DNA of 64,000 nt from the NCBI RefSeq assembly GCF_006345805.1, contig NC_043024.1, forward strand, positions 4,278,001 to 4,342,000. Reading direction: 5' to 3'. The notes beneath the pieces are model-generated. The model ran no database searches. It was not told where the DNA came from and saw only the letters and a list, made by a program, of their open reading frames with translations. Each line of letters opens with the position of its first letter. Positions within the stretch are counted from its first letter, which is position 1. The DNA comes from Octopus sinensis (Eukaryota). This document shows, piece after piece, positions 26,626-41,950 of this stretch. Position numbers and translations under genes: made by a program.

Positions 26626-27420
26626 CTTTCTGTAGAAGAGCGTAGGCTCGAAATGTAAAAGACTTTTTCAATTCCTGAGCGTTATACTAATACATCTGTT
26701 TGTTTTGTACACCACCTGTCTTCGTCTTTTGTTTTTTTCGTAAACTCTCCCTATATATATATTCTTCTTCCCCTCCCCTTCCCTCCCCCTCTTCTCCTCA
26801 CTACACCACATGACTTTACACATCACATCACATATGATGTGCCATACTAATACACACACCAACTAATACATACTAATACGTACTAATACATACTAGTACA
26901 TACTAATACTTACACCAACCCTATACATACACACGTCCAGACCCCGCATACGCACTTATACTCTCTCACACACACACACACACCTATACATACCAATACG
27001 TACTAATACATACTAATACATACACCAATCCCATACATACGCACGTCCAGACCAATCCTACGCACTAATACTCTCTCATACACACACACACACACCCTTA
27101 TACATACTAATACATACACCAACCCTATACATACACATATCCAGACCCCTCCCACGCACTATCAGCTGGTCCCTCAACCCGTTTATCAACCCTATTATCT
27201 CCCCTTATTTCGCTCTCGCGTCTCATGTTTGATCTTTGACCTCTGGCCGAAATCAGATCGCCATGTTGATTCGTTAGCTACTGCACGCATTTTTTTTCTC
27301 TCCTTCTTTCTGTGTTTTTCTCTCTCTGTGTATCTTTCTGTTGAAGAGCGTAGGCTCGAAACGTTAAAGACTTGTTTTATTTATATTTCCTGAGCGCCAT
27401 ACTAATACAATTGTTCGTTT
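26626..27420 (+). mobile_element. Penelope-like direct-repeat element, each repeat carrying a hammerhead-ribozyme-like motif (26626-26662 and 27333-27370)
   Basis: Direct repeats about 710 bp apart containing CTTT-CTG(TA/TT)GAA-GAGC GTAG GCTC-GAAA(T/C)GT(A/T)-AAAG; no PLE ORF present, so the family assignment is inferred. Confidence 0.55.
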
Positions 27421-27467
27421 GTTTTCCACCTGCCTTCGTCTTTTGTTTATTTTCATAAAGCTTCCCG

Positions 27468-27507
<40 letters not shown>

Positions 27508-27752
27508 AACCAGCTTCTCTCTCTCCAACTGGTATACTTTTGTTATGTAGTGGAGTAGGCATGAGAGGGATGGAGGAGTGAAGAAGTAGAGAAAGTTGAT
27601 CTTATAATAATTCTGCATGTCATTATGTTACTTAGCCTGTCAATAACACTTTCAGCTATTAGAGAAACTGGGAGAAAGAAAAGAGGGGAGAAAGAAAAGA
27701 GGATAAGGTTAGGAATGAGGTGGGAAGAGGAAGAAAAGACTCAGAAAGAAGT

Positions 27753-28944
27753 GTGCAAATCCTTCCTGTCATTCCTAAAGGGAGCTGGGCTGATGAAGTG
27801 CACGCATGCCTTAAGTTATTCATGTTGTGGCCCCAGGTTAAGACCTTAAGCATAATCACAAACATGCATGCACACTTGATTGGTAATAGAATGTCTGCAG
27901 CATTTGTTGAAGAAATTTTAACCCTTGGAGAAGACAAGGTCCCTAGGAATGATAGGGGCAACATATCAGTCTATGAACTGTGCAACTCCGTGAACAACCC
28001 TTCCGGTCCTTTGGAAACTGTTTCCCAATTTGGAAAGTAATTATGCAGACATCAATTGGCTCGGTGAAAGAACCATCCTGGCCCCACAAAACATAGGTGT
28101 CAGTGCTATCAATGACCAGCTCATATGACGAATTCCAGGTGAGGAGTACATCTACAAATCAATTGACCTGACATCTGACCCCCAAGACATTGTCATTTAC
28201 CCTATCGAGTTTCTCAACTCATTGGAGCCAGCAGGGTTTCCACCTCACGTCCTTAGGCTAAGGGCTGGATGCCCAATTATGCTAATCAGAAACTTACTTC
28301 CGCCTAAACAGTGCAACAGGACCCGCTTAGTAATCAAGTCCCTGACGCCCCACTTGATTGAGGCCACCATTGTAACAGGGTGCAGGAGGGGTGAAGATGT
28401 TTTCATTTCAAGGATGCAGCTTTATCCCCCACGGTCAGACATGCCGGTCAAGTTCTACAGATTGCAGTTTCTGGTCAGACCATGCTTCACCATGTCCATC
28501 AACAAATCCCAAGGCCAAACTCTATCGGTAGCAGGCATAGATATAGGGTTTTCCATTCAATGAGGATAAATAATTGATAAACTAATTCCTTATAGGATTT
28601 CTGCTAAAATTGGCTACACCCCATTTTCAACCATAACTTTTAAGGATTTTGACATATTTTGCTCAAACTCGATGCCAGCACTACTTAGGACTCGTGGGAT
28701 CTTTGAATGCTTTAAGTTCTCAAAAAAATTTAAAAAACGATGAGTGGAAATAATCGATAAACTGATTCCTTATTGTATTTCCCATTCAAATTGCCTGCGA
28801 TCCAACTTGCAACCAAACTTTTGCCAATTTCAGCAGATTTCGCTCGAATGTGATGTTATTATCACTTATATTGGTTTAAAGTAAAGCGCTTCATCACTTA
28901 ATGATCCGAATTTAATACCGAGCAACGCCGGGTTATACTGCTAC
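27753..28944 (+). mobile_element. Helitron fragment: PIF1-family helicase C-terminal region plus 3' terminus
   Basis: QILPVIPKGS.ADEVHACLK, ERTILAP, PPHVLRLRAGCPIMLIRNL and MSINKSQGQTL motifs with a frameshift and a stop; 3' hairpin CCGAGCAACGCCGGG followed by CTAC at 28941-28944. Confidence 0.88.
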
Positions 28945-29091
28945 TCAAATACATATCAGTAAAGCCGTTAATATTTAAAGAATGGAGTTAGTTCACCTTG
29001 TTAACTCTTCCTAATTTCGTTTCTTCTTCCTGTTTCTCACGCAGCTTGATTGTTTGACCAGTTCCACTTTCGACTGATATTAAGAGAAAAT

Positions 29092-29274
29092 CCAATCAAA
29101 TATATACAAATGATTGGTAATTAACTGTCTAGAGAAACAGGTACAACATTTATGATTATGTGGACGTAAAAAATATGAAGTAACGTTCGTTGGAAAAGGG
29201 AAGAAATTCTCTTGAAGCTGTCAGTGTCCGCTCTGACTCGTTGACTCTCTCTTTATATCAATTACTATGTAAGT
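29092..29274 (+). promoter_or_regulatory. Candidate promoter and first-exon end of the MSEEL ZNF unit: paired CCAAT/ATTGG boxes and a GTAAGT donor
   Basis: CCAAT 29092-29096, ATTGG 29113-29117, ACTAT|GTAAGT at 29269; box pair conserved near 35180, 41280 and 49262, donor conserved at 49458. Confidence 0.35.
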
Positions 29275-31041
29275 ATTATAAAGACATTTCTATTGTATTA
29301 AGTATCATATTACGTACATCTGTTTGTTTCCATGTGTTGAATAAGTCAACAGAAAGAATCTCAATAAACAAAGACGAAATTATATGAAAGTAAGGCTGTT
29401 ATTTTAATACTTTCATTGTGTTATCCCTTCTCTTTTAGATATTTCATCGCACTTGTGGTTACGCCTTCCGGATCGCCGTTATTTCCTATATTTCTTAATG
29501 TCAGATTAATACCTCGTTTAGATAAAATTCCTCTTTTAGACAATTTAGTTAAATGCGGGTAAATTACGATGTAATTTGTAAGAAAAGATGGGGAACGTAT
29601 AAAAGTATGAATGTGCGCTTAAATTACTGAAACGAAAAGGCAATATGGAATACAGATGAAATGGAAGGGCTTTGAATTGAAACAGTAGAAAGTACCTAAT
29701 TGACCAAAAATAAATATAATAACCCGTTTATATAATCTTTTACTCGAACATTAGTAGAGAAGATATAAAAAAAAAATATCGACACGACATATAAAATGAA
29801 GGCTGATCACTATTGTTTAAAAACTATCGCTTTGTGAAATTTAGTTTACTCGAATCAGTCACCAATAATTTACTTTTCCATGCTTGAAGCATTATAACAT
29901 TTTTATGTCCATTAAAATATATAAAATTATAATAATAATAATCAAAGAGTCACTGAGAATGGTTTTAAGTGTGGTTTCACATTTTTATATTTCCCACTCC
30001 CTGGGAAAAATTCTTACACATAAATCCCCATATATTCTTAACCTAAACGAGATTTCTTGAAAATGTCATTAAAAAAACATCCATTTTCGTGGAAGTTACA
30101 GGCAACAAAGTGGATGGGGTACTGATCTGTAGTTATGCCGTCATTTTATGATAAGGGCAAAGTAACACACACCTAGTCCAATGCTGGGATATAAGCAAAG
30201 GGAAAAAAGATGCTGATTTAAATTTTTACTCGCACCCCAACCGAGCGAGGCCTTGTATATTTGGGGGTAAGGCAAAAACATATCACTGTGACATCAGGGG
30301 TAAATCATTCTCTGTTAGTAGTTGCCTAACTAGACCCAAGCATACTCAGACACTGGAGGAAACCCCCTTCAGATGAAAACATCCGATGTCTAGTGTCATT
30401 GACATATATATTGGTATGTGTGTGTGTCTATGACAGAATTAATGTCCAGGAGATGTTATTATAATACATGTGTCTACACCCTGATACAAACCTCTTGAAA
30501 ATAGATGGGATAAATATAATAGTTCAGATAAAGGATTGCTTCTACAATTTATGAAAACAAAGATGTCGTAAATTTGAACTTTTGAATATCTGCCTTTTAA
30601 ACATACTTGATATCTTATATTATATTTTCTATTCTTTCAGAAAATCATATGAAATTGGCTAAAAAGTATTTTTTGCTTTTAAAGAATCATCAATATGTAT
30701 CATGTTTGAAAGACTCTGCAAAGATATTCTACAAACGTATAATCCTGCTCCTATAAAACATTGCTGAGTTACAGTAAAATATTTCCTCTGAGAGAGAAAG
30801 CATTTCTTTACTTCTGTGTCTGAAATGTGCAAGAGATAATTTTCTCTTATAAATATACTTTGATGGATTTACAAAAGTATTTGCAGCACTTCTAAATATT
30901 GGCAATGATCACATTTAGAAGAAATATAAGAGAAGTGATATTTGTTTGGAATAAACTATAAAAGCAAAAAGAAGAAAAATATCCATATATTTTGGTGAGA
31001 GGAGAAATATTTTTGAAAAGTTGTTGATCTGTACAACTTGA

Positions 31042-32272
<1,231 letters not shown>

Positions 32273-34543
32273 CACAGTGACATTTCTTGTATAACATTCG
32301 CCGAGGAAAATCTCTACCCATGAAGGAAAGTATATTATGAATATGATATCTATGGTAAATCTTTCATCTCATCTCATTCATGAACTAGTCAAAAGAGCAT
32401 TGACTGATATTAATGCTTAATCATTCTTTCAAAAGGGTGAATTGTTTGTACACAGTCCTATTAATATGAAAGATATATCTATACCTCAAGATATTTGTGC
32501 TAAATCAATCGATAAAAATGATCAATTATTGAAATGTAAATGCATTCATACAGAAGACGAACTATGATGATGATGATGATCCTCATCATTTAAAATTCAC
32601 TTTTCCATGCTTCAATGGATCAGATGGAATTCATTGATGGAGATTTTCTTCGGCTTGATGCCTTTCCTTTCAACAATCCTCACCTGTTTCTAGGCAAGGA
32701 CATATTTTCCATGCTGAGATATATTTGACTCACAAGACTGGAAATGGACTCTATCTGTATGACACTCATTATGACCATTTACAAGCATCACGTGCTATCT
32801 GGACAAGGGTACATACACACACATATGTATGTTCGAAGATTTTTTTATAGGAAATCTTTTACATTTTTAATCTACTTCTAAATGTTTGTAATTCCTATTA
32901 GGAAATGAAACATATGTAGTGCTGAATAAATAATATCAAACTTTTCTCCAGTCTCCTCATGTGATTTGTAATTACCTTGCAAAAAATATTATCCAAACCT
33001 CCCACAAAAATAATGCACACACACACACACACACACAGACAGATGATGTGGTGGTGAGTGCATAGTGAAAACGGTTTTGTCTTTTCATTGAAATTAAATT
33101 TTTGTATCACCTACAAATTGAAATTTGTATTGGCTCTGACCCATCACCTTGGCTTATAAGTTACCAATGATGTGGTTTTCAGTGTATACCATGTTACGTT
33201 AAATTTTTACTCATAAGAAATTGTGACTCCTATATTTTACAATACAATTTTTGTTTTCTAGAAGAATAATTTGACCATTTCAATTTCAAAATGTAATTTT
33301 ATTTGTTTATGGTCAAAATAGAAAAATAAGAGTGAATATTTATTTTATGAGTGCTGTGTATTAAGTCTATAAAATTGTGCATAAAATATATAAGCTATAT
33401 GAAGTGCATTGAGTCATTATTATATTCCAATTTCCTTCACTTTTCAATGAATAATAGATGGGTGACTATCTTTTGATACAGACACAACACAGGCTACACT
33501 TTCGAGGTTTTAGATAAAGTTTTCAGAAATAACTGAATAGGTTTGCTATTAATTTCATGAAATATTCACGGGTCCCACTAGTTAACATTCAGAGAATCAT
33601 GTGGTGAGCTGAAGGTAGAGGTGAAGAATGAGAGACAAAGTGGGAGGGAGAAGTGTTAACGATATGTGGTGAAGAAGGAATACTTATTACTTGGTTAACA
33701 GGTTAGCTGAAGGGAAAAATGAAGAGAAAGAGATATGTTTAGGATACATTATTTGTGAGAGAGTGAGGTTAAAGAGAAGGATATAGAAAGAGATGGACAG
33801 TGGAGGCAGATAGGATTCGTAATGTTAAAAGTTGATATAATCAAAAGACCTGAAATGAAACAAGTTTTGTACCTGAAACTTATAGTGATGATGATGATGA
33901 TAGTGGTGGGTTAATTGCGAAAAGGAATTTCTTTTTTTATAGAGACCGTCACTCAACACTTGCACTTCTGTGCAATTATTATGGATGCCAAGTATATTTA
34001 ACAAGCTAAAGGTATGAATGCTATAAAAATGCAAATAAACCTCTGTTTCTTAAATAGGTCCTCTTATTTTTTTAATTAATAATAAACTAAGGTGGCAAAC
34101 TGGCAAGATCGTTAGCACATCGGGCAAAATGCTTAGCTAGATTCTTCTGACATCATTTATGCATTTAAATTCTTCCAAAGTGGACTTTGTCTTTCATCCA
34201 GAGATGGGTTTGATGAAAATAAGCCCCTTTTGAGCACTGGAGTAGAGATAATCAATTCAACACTGACTGTGGAATTGCTGGCCTTGTGCCAATATTTAGA
34301 AACTATTCCAATGTCTTTTCTCTCTCACCCGAGGAAATGCCACGACCATGTTGGCTTATTCCTGAATGTCCTATGGAACGTTGTACTGTGCAACCAATTG
34401 TAGCACTTGTTGAATGGGTGTTTGTTTTGATGTTTTATTTTCCCTTTTCTATTTTTTTCTTTCTTTCTTCCTCTTTTCCCATTTTCAGTTTTGGATACTG
34501 GATAAACAGCTGAAATATGTATTTATAGAATTAGTAAAGACAT

Positions 34544-34836
34544 AAAGCACAGCTCCCATGACTTTCGGAAACATTCTTTCACACTAAGAGTTGCTGAAGC
34601 ATGGAACAAACTGGCGGCATCAGTTGTTAGTTGTCGGAGCACTGCATCCTTCAAAACTTCCATGCTTCCTGAGATTCGCCAACACTACACCTGATTTTCT
34701 CCCCTCCATACACACGCAAGCATGTATCTGACTCTTACACTGTTCCCTTTCCATTACTGCATATACTTTATACGCACTTTCTGACAAGTTGTGGTGCACC
34801 TGAGCACTGTATACAATAATTTCATTATTATTATTA
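34544..34836 (+). mobile_element. CR1/L2-type LINE 3' end with (ATT)n tail; duplicate at 40637-40929
   Basis: Encodes HDFRKHSFTLRVAEAWNKL...SFK, a typical RT C-terminus. Confidence 0.8.
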
Positions 34837-37156
34837 TAATCGATAAACTGATTCCTTATGGTATTCCCATTCAAATTGCCTGCGATCCAACTTGCAACCA
34901 AACTTTTGCCAATTTCAGCAGATTTCGCTCGAATGTGATGTTATTATCACTTATATTGGTTTAAAGTAAAGCGCTTCATCACTTAATGATCCGAATTTAA
35001 TACCGAGCAACGCCGGGTTATACTGCTACTCAAATACATATCAGTAAAGCCGTTAATATTTAAAGAATGGAGTTAGTTCACCTTGTTAACTCTTCCTAAT
35101 TTCGTTTCTTCTTCCTGTTTCTCACGCAGCTTGATTGTTTGACCAGTTCCACTTTCGACTGATATTTAAGAGAAAATCCAATCAAATATATACAAATGAT
35201 TGGTAATTAACTGTCTAGAGAAACAGGTACAACATTTATGATTATGTGGACGTAAAAAATATGAAGTAACGTTCGTTGGAAAAGGGAAGAAATTCTCTTG
35301 AAGCTGTCAGTGTCCGCTCTGACTCGTTGACTCTCTCTTTATATCAATTACTATGTAAGTATTATAAAGACATTTCTATTGTATTAAGTATCATATTACG
35401 TACATCTGTTTGTTTCCATGTGTTGAATAAGTCAACAGAAAGAATCTCAATAAACAAAGACGAAATTATATGAAAGTAAGGCTGTTATTTTAATACTTTC
35501 ATTGTGTTATCCCTTCTCTTTTAGATATTTCATCGCACTTGTGGTTACGCCTTCCGGATCGCCGTTATTTCCTATATTTCTTAATGTCAGATTAATACCT
35601 CGTTTAGATAAAATTCCTCTTTTAGACAATTTAGTTAAATGCGGGTAAATTACGATGTAATTTGTAAGAAAAGATGGGGAACGTATAAAAGTATGAATGT
35701 GCGCTTAAATTACTGAAACGAAAAGGCAATATGGAATACAGATGAAATGGAAGGGCTTTGAATTGAAACAGTAGAAAGTACCTAATTTGACCAAAAATAA
35801 ATATAATAACCCGTTTATATAATCTTTTACTCGAACATTAGTAGAGAAGATATAAAAAAAAAATATCGACACGACATATAAAATGAAGGCTGATCACTAT
35901 TGTTTAAAAACTATCGCTTTGTGAAATTTAGTTTACTCGAATCAGTCACCAATAATTTACTTTTCCATGCTTGAAGCATTATAAACATTTTTATGTCCAT
36001 TAAAATATATAGAAATTATAATAATAATAATCAAAGAGTCACTGAGAATGGTTTTAAGTGTGGTTTCACATTTTTATATTTCCCACTCCCTGGGAAAAAT
36101 TCTTACACATAAATCCCCATATATTCTTAACCTAAACGAGATTTCTTGAAAATGTCATTAAAAAAACATCCATTTTCGTGGAAGTTACAGGCAACAAAGT
36201 GGATGGGGTACTGATCTGTAGTTATGCCGTCATTTTATGATAAGGGCAAAGTAACACACACCTAGTCCAATGCTGGGATATAAGCAAAGGGAAAAAAGAT
36301 GCTGATTTAAATTTTTACTCGCACCCCAACCGAGCGAGGCCTGTATATTTGGGGGTAAGGCAAAAACATATCACTGTGACATCAGGGGTAAATCATTCTC
36401 TGTTAGTAGTTGCCTAACTAGACCCAAGCATACTCAGACACTGGAGGAAACCCCCTTCAGATGAAAACATCCGATGTCTAGTGTCATTGACATATATATT
36501 GGTATGTGTGTGTGTCTATGACAGAATTAATGTCCAGGAGATGTTATTATAATACATGTGTCTACACCCTGATACAAACCTCTTGAAAATAGATGGGATA
36601 AATATAATAGTTCAGATAAAGGATTGCTTCTACAATTTATGAAAACAAAGATGTCGTAAATTTGAACTTTTGAATATCTGCCTTTTAAACATACTTGATA
36701 TCTTATATTATATTTTCTATTCTTTCAGAAAATCATATGAAATTGGCTAAAAAGTATTTTTTGCTTTTAAAGAATCATCAATATGTATCATGTTTGAAAG
36801 ACTCTGCAAAGATATTCTACAAACGTATAATCCTGCTCCTATAAAACATTGCTGAGTTACAGTAAAATATTTCCTCTGAGAGAGAAAGCATTTCTTTACT
36901 TCTGTGTCTGAAATGTGCAAGAGATAATTTTCTCTTATAAATATACTTTGATGGATTTACAAAAGTATTTGCAGCACTTCTAAATATTGGCAATGATCAC
37001 ATTTAGAAGAAATATAAGAGAAGTGATATTTGTTTGGAATAAACTATAAAAGCAAAAAGAAGAAAAATATCCATATATTTTGGTGAGAGGAGAAATATTT
37101 TTGAAAAGTTGTTGATCTGTACAACTTGAAGGATTAATTTTATTTTTCTTGAAGAG

Positions 37157-38362
37157 ATGTCGGAAGAATTAAGAAAATCATCATATGACTGTGACATCTG
37201 CAAAGAGTCATTCTTAGAAGAAAGTAAATTCAATCAACACAAACAAATTCATACAGGGGAGAAACCATATCACTGTACTGTCTGTGGTAAATCATTGTCT
37301 GACAGGAGTAGCTTTGCTCGTCACAAACGTATTCATACGGGGGAGAAGCCATATCACTGTAGTATCTGTGGTAAATCATTCTCGAATGATGGTCACCTAG
37401 CTCAACACAAACGTACTCATACAGGAGAGAGACCTTATCCCTGTGATATCTGTGGTGAATCCTTCTCTGCTGGCAGTAGCTTAACTCGTCATAAACGTAT
37501 TCATACAGGAGAGAAACCATTTCCTTGTGATGTATGTGGTAAATCTTTCCCTGAAAACTGTAGCTTAACTCAACACAAACGTATTCATACAGGGGAGAAG
37601 CCATATCACTGTAGTATCTGTGGTAAATCATTCACTAATGACAGTCACTTAATACGACACATACGTATCCATACAGGAGAGAAACCTTATCCCTGCGATA
37701 TCTGTGGTGAATCGTTCTCTGTTGGCAGTAGCTTAACTCGTCATAAACGTATCCATACAGGAGAGAAACCATTTTCTTGTGATGTGTGTGGTAAATCTTT
37801 CACTGAAAAGAGTGGCTTAACTAAACACAAACTTATTCATACAGGGGAGAAACCATATCCCTGTGATATCTGTGGTGAATCATTCTCTCGTAGTTATAGC
37901 TTAGATATTCACAAACAAATCCATACAGGTGACAAAAAATACCACTGTGATACCTGTGGTAAATCATTTTCTGCTGGCAGTAGATTAACTACACACAAAC
38001 TAATTCATTTAGGGGAGAAGCCATATCACTGTGATATCTGTGGCAAATCATTCAGTCAGACAGGTAATTTAACTAGACACAAACGCATTCATACAGGTGA
38101 ACAACCATATCGCTGTGATACCTGTGGTAAATCATTCAGTCAGGAGGGTAACTTAGCTACACACAAACGTATTCATACAGGTGAGCAACCATATGATTGC
38201 GATGTCTGTGGCAAATCATTCTCTGAAAAGGGTATTTTAACGACACACAAACTTATTCATACTGGTGTAAAGCCATATCATTGTGATATCTGCAGTAAAT
38301 CATTCTCACAAAAACATCAATTAATTAAACAAAAGTGCATTCGTTATGCAAAGGATCCGTAG
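37157..38362 (+). CDS. C2H2 zinc-finger protein, 401 aa, 13 intact fingers plus 1 degenerate
   Basis: Intact ORF; acceptor at 36728. Confidence 0.92.
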   Translation: MSEELRKSSYDCDICKESFLEESKFNQHKQIHTGEKPYHCTVCGKSLSDRSSFARHKRIHTGEKPYHCSICGKSFSNDGHLAQHKRTHTGERPYPCDICGESFSAGSSLTRHKRIHTGEKPFPCDVCGKSFPENCSLTQHKRIHTGEKPYHCSICGKSFTNDSHLIRHIRIHTGEKPYPCDICGESFSVGSSLTRHKRIHTGEKPFSCDVCGKSFTEKSGLTKHKLIHTGEKPYPCDICGESFSRSYSLDIHKQIHTGDKKYHCDTCGKSFSAGSRLTTHKLIHLGEKPYHCDICGKSFSQTGNLTRHKRIHTGEQPYRCDTCGKSFSQEGNLATHKRIHTGEQPYDCDVCGKSFSEKGILTTHKLIHTGVKPYHCDICSKSFSQKHQLIKQKCIRYAKDP

Positions 38363-41300
38363 CACAGTGACATTTCTTGTATAACATTCGCCGAGGAAAA
38401 TCTCTACCCATGAAGGAAAGTATATTATGAATATGATATCTATGGTAAATCTTTCATCTCATCTCATTCATGAACTAGTCAAAAGAGCATTGACTGATAT
38501 TAATGCTTAATCATTCTTTCAAAAGGGTGAATTGTTTGTACACAGTCCTATTAATATGAAAGATATATCTATACCTCAAGATATTTGTGCTAAATCAATC
38601 GATAAAAATGATCAATTATTGAAATGTAAATGCATTCATACAGAAGACGAACTATGATGATGATGATGATCCTCATCATTTAAAATTCACTTTTCCATGC
38701 TTCAATGGATCAGATGGAATTCATTGATGGAGATTTTCTTCGGCTTGATGCCTTTCCTTTCAACAATCCTCACCTGTTTCTAGGCAAGGACATATTTTCC
38801 ATGCTGAGATATATTTGACTCACAAGACTGGAAATGGACTCTATCTGTATGACACTCATTATGACCATTTACAAGCATCACGTGCTATCTGGACAAGGGT
38901 ACATACACACACATATGTATGTTCGAAGATTTTTTTATAGGAAATCTTTTACATTTTTAATCTACTTCTAAATGTTTGTAATTCCTATTAGGAAATGAAA
39001 CATATGTAGTGCTGAATAAATAATATCAAACTTTTCTCCAGTCTCCTCATGTGATTTGTAATTACCTTGCAAAAAATATTATCCAAACCTCCCACAAAAA
39101 TAATGCACACACACACACACACACACAGACAGATGATGTGGTGGTGAGTGCATAGTGAAAACGGTTTTGTCTTTTCATTGAAATTAAATTTTTGTATCAC
39201 CTACAAATTGAAATTTGTATTGGCTCTGACCCATCACCTTGGCTTATAAGTTACCAATGATGTGGTTTTCAGTGTATACCATGTTACGTTAAATTTTTAC
39301 TCATAAGAAATTGTGACTCCTATATTTTACAATACAATTTTTGTTTTCTAGAAGAATAATTTGACCATTTCAATTTCAAAATGTAATTTTATTTGTTTAT
39401 GGTCAAAATAGAAAAATAAGAGTGAATATTTATTTTATGAGTGCTGTGTATTAAGTCTATAAAATTGTGCATAAAATATATAAGCTATATGAAGTGCATT
39501 GAGTCATTATTATATTCCAATTTCCTTCACTTTTCAATGAATAATAGATGGGTGACTATCTTTTGATACAGACACAACACAGGCTACACTTTCGAGGTTT
39601 TAGATAAAGTTTTCAGAAATAACTGAATAGGTTTGCTATTAATTTCATGAAATATTCACGGGTCCCACTAGTTAACATTCAGAGAATCATGTGGTGAGCT
39701 GAAGGTAGAGGTGAAGAATGAGAGACAAAGTGGGAGGGAGAAGTGTTAACGATATGTGGTGAAGAAGGAATACTTATTACTTGGTTAACAGGTTAGCTGA
39801 AGGGAAAAATGAAGAGAAAGAGATATGTTTAGGATACATTATTTGTGAGAGAGTGAGGTTAAAGAGAAGGATATAGAAAGAGATGGACAGTGGAGGCAGA
39901 TAGGATTCGTAATGTTAAAAGTTGATATAATCAAAAGACCTGAAATGAAACAAGTTTTGTACCTGAAACTTATAGTGATGATGATGATGATAGTGGTGGG
40001 TTAATTGCGAAAAGGAATTTCTTTTTTTTATAGAGACCGTCACTCAACACTTGCACTTCTGTGCAATTATTATGGATGCCAAGTATATTTAACAAAGCTA
40101 AAGGTATGAATGCTATAAAAATGCAAATAAACCTCTGTTTCTTAAATAGGTCCTCTTAATTTTTTTAATTAATAATAAACTAAGGTGGCAAACTGGCAAG
40201 ATCGTTAGCACATCGGGCAAAATGCTTAGCTAGATTCTTCTGACATCATTTATGCATTTAAATTCTTCCAAAGTGGACTTTGTCTTTCATCCAGAGATGG
40301 GTTTGATGAAAATAAGCCCCTTTTGAGCACTGGAGTAGAGATAATCAATTCAACACTGACTGTGGAATTGCTGGCCTTGTGCCAATATTTAGAAACTATT
40401 CCAATGTCTTTTCTCTCTCACCCGAGGAAATGCCACGACCATGTTGGCTTATTCCTGAATGTCCTATGGAACGTTGTACTGTGCAACCAATTGTAGCACT
40501 TGTTGAATGGGTGTTTGTTTTGATGTTTTATTTTCCCTTTTCTATTTTTTTCTTTCTTTCTTCCTCTTTTCCCATTTTCAGTTTTGGATACTGGATAAAC
40601 AGCTGAAATATGTATTTATAGAATTAGTAAAGACATAAAGCACAGCTCCCATGACTTTCGGAAACATTCTTTCACACTAAGAGTTGCTGAAGCATGGAAC
40701 AAACTGGCGGCATCAGTTGTTAGTTGTCGGAGCACTGCATCCTTCAAAACTTCCATGCTTCCTGAGATTCGCCAACACTACACCTGATTTTCTCCCCTCC
40801 ATACACACGCAAGCATGTATCTGACTCTTACACTGTTCCCTTTCCATTACTGCATATACTTTATACGCACTTTCTGACAAGTTGTGGTGCACCTGAGCAC
40901 TGTATACAATAATTTCATTATTATTATTATAATCGATAAACTGATTCCTTATGGTATTTCCCATTCAAATTGCCTGCGATCCGACTTTCAGCCAAACTTT
41001 TGCCAATTTCAGCATATTTCGCTCAAATGTGATGTCATTGTCACTTATTTCGGTTTGAAGTAAATCGCTTCATCATTTAATGATCCAAATTTAATACCGA
41101 GCAACTCCAGGTTATACCGCTACTCAAATATATATCACTACAACTGCAATTATTTAAAGAACGGAGTTAGTTTCCCTCGTTAACTCTTCCTAATTTTATT
41201 TCATTTCTTCCTCATGTTTCTAGCGCACCTTGATTATTTAATCACTTTCACTTTCAAACTGATATTTAAGAGGAAACCCAATCAAAAATATACAAATGAT

Positions 41301-41950
41301 TGGTAATTAAATGTCTAAAGAAACAGTTTCAGCATTTTTATTATGTTGACCTGCAAAATATGAAGTAACGTTCGTTGGAAAGAGTAAGTATCATTGTGTT
41401 ATCCCTTCTCTTTTAGATATTTCATCGCATTTTTGGTTACGCCTTCCGGATCGCCGTTATTTCCTATATTTCTTAATGTCAGATTAATACCTCGTTTAGA
41501 TAAAATTCCTCTTTCTTTTTGACTTGTAAATTGGACAATTTAGTTAAATGCGGGTAAATTACGATGTAATTTGTAAGAAAAGATGGGGAATGTATAAAAG
41601 TACGATTGTGCACTTGAATTACTGAAACGAAAAGGCATATCGTTTACAGACGAAATGAAAGGGCTTTGAATTGAAACACTAGAAAGTACCTAATTTGACC
41701 AAAAATAAATATAAAAATCCGTTTATGTAATATTTTATTCGAATGAAAATATAAAAAAATATCAACATGACATATAAAATGAAGGCTGATGGCCATTGTT
41801 TAAAAACTATCGCCTTCTGCAATTTAGTTTACTCAAATCAGTCACCAATGACTCAATTTTCCATGCTTGAAGCATTATAAACATTTTTATGTCCATTAAA
41901 ATATATAGACATTATAATAATAATCAAAATGACACTGAGACACTCAATTT

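Noticed and set aside
29190-29387. Identical short ORFs repeated about 6.1 kb apart (29190/35276, 32898/38988, 34286/40379)
   Set aside because: They are a by-product of the near-identical tandem duplication in non-coding DNA.
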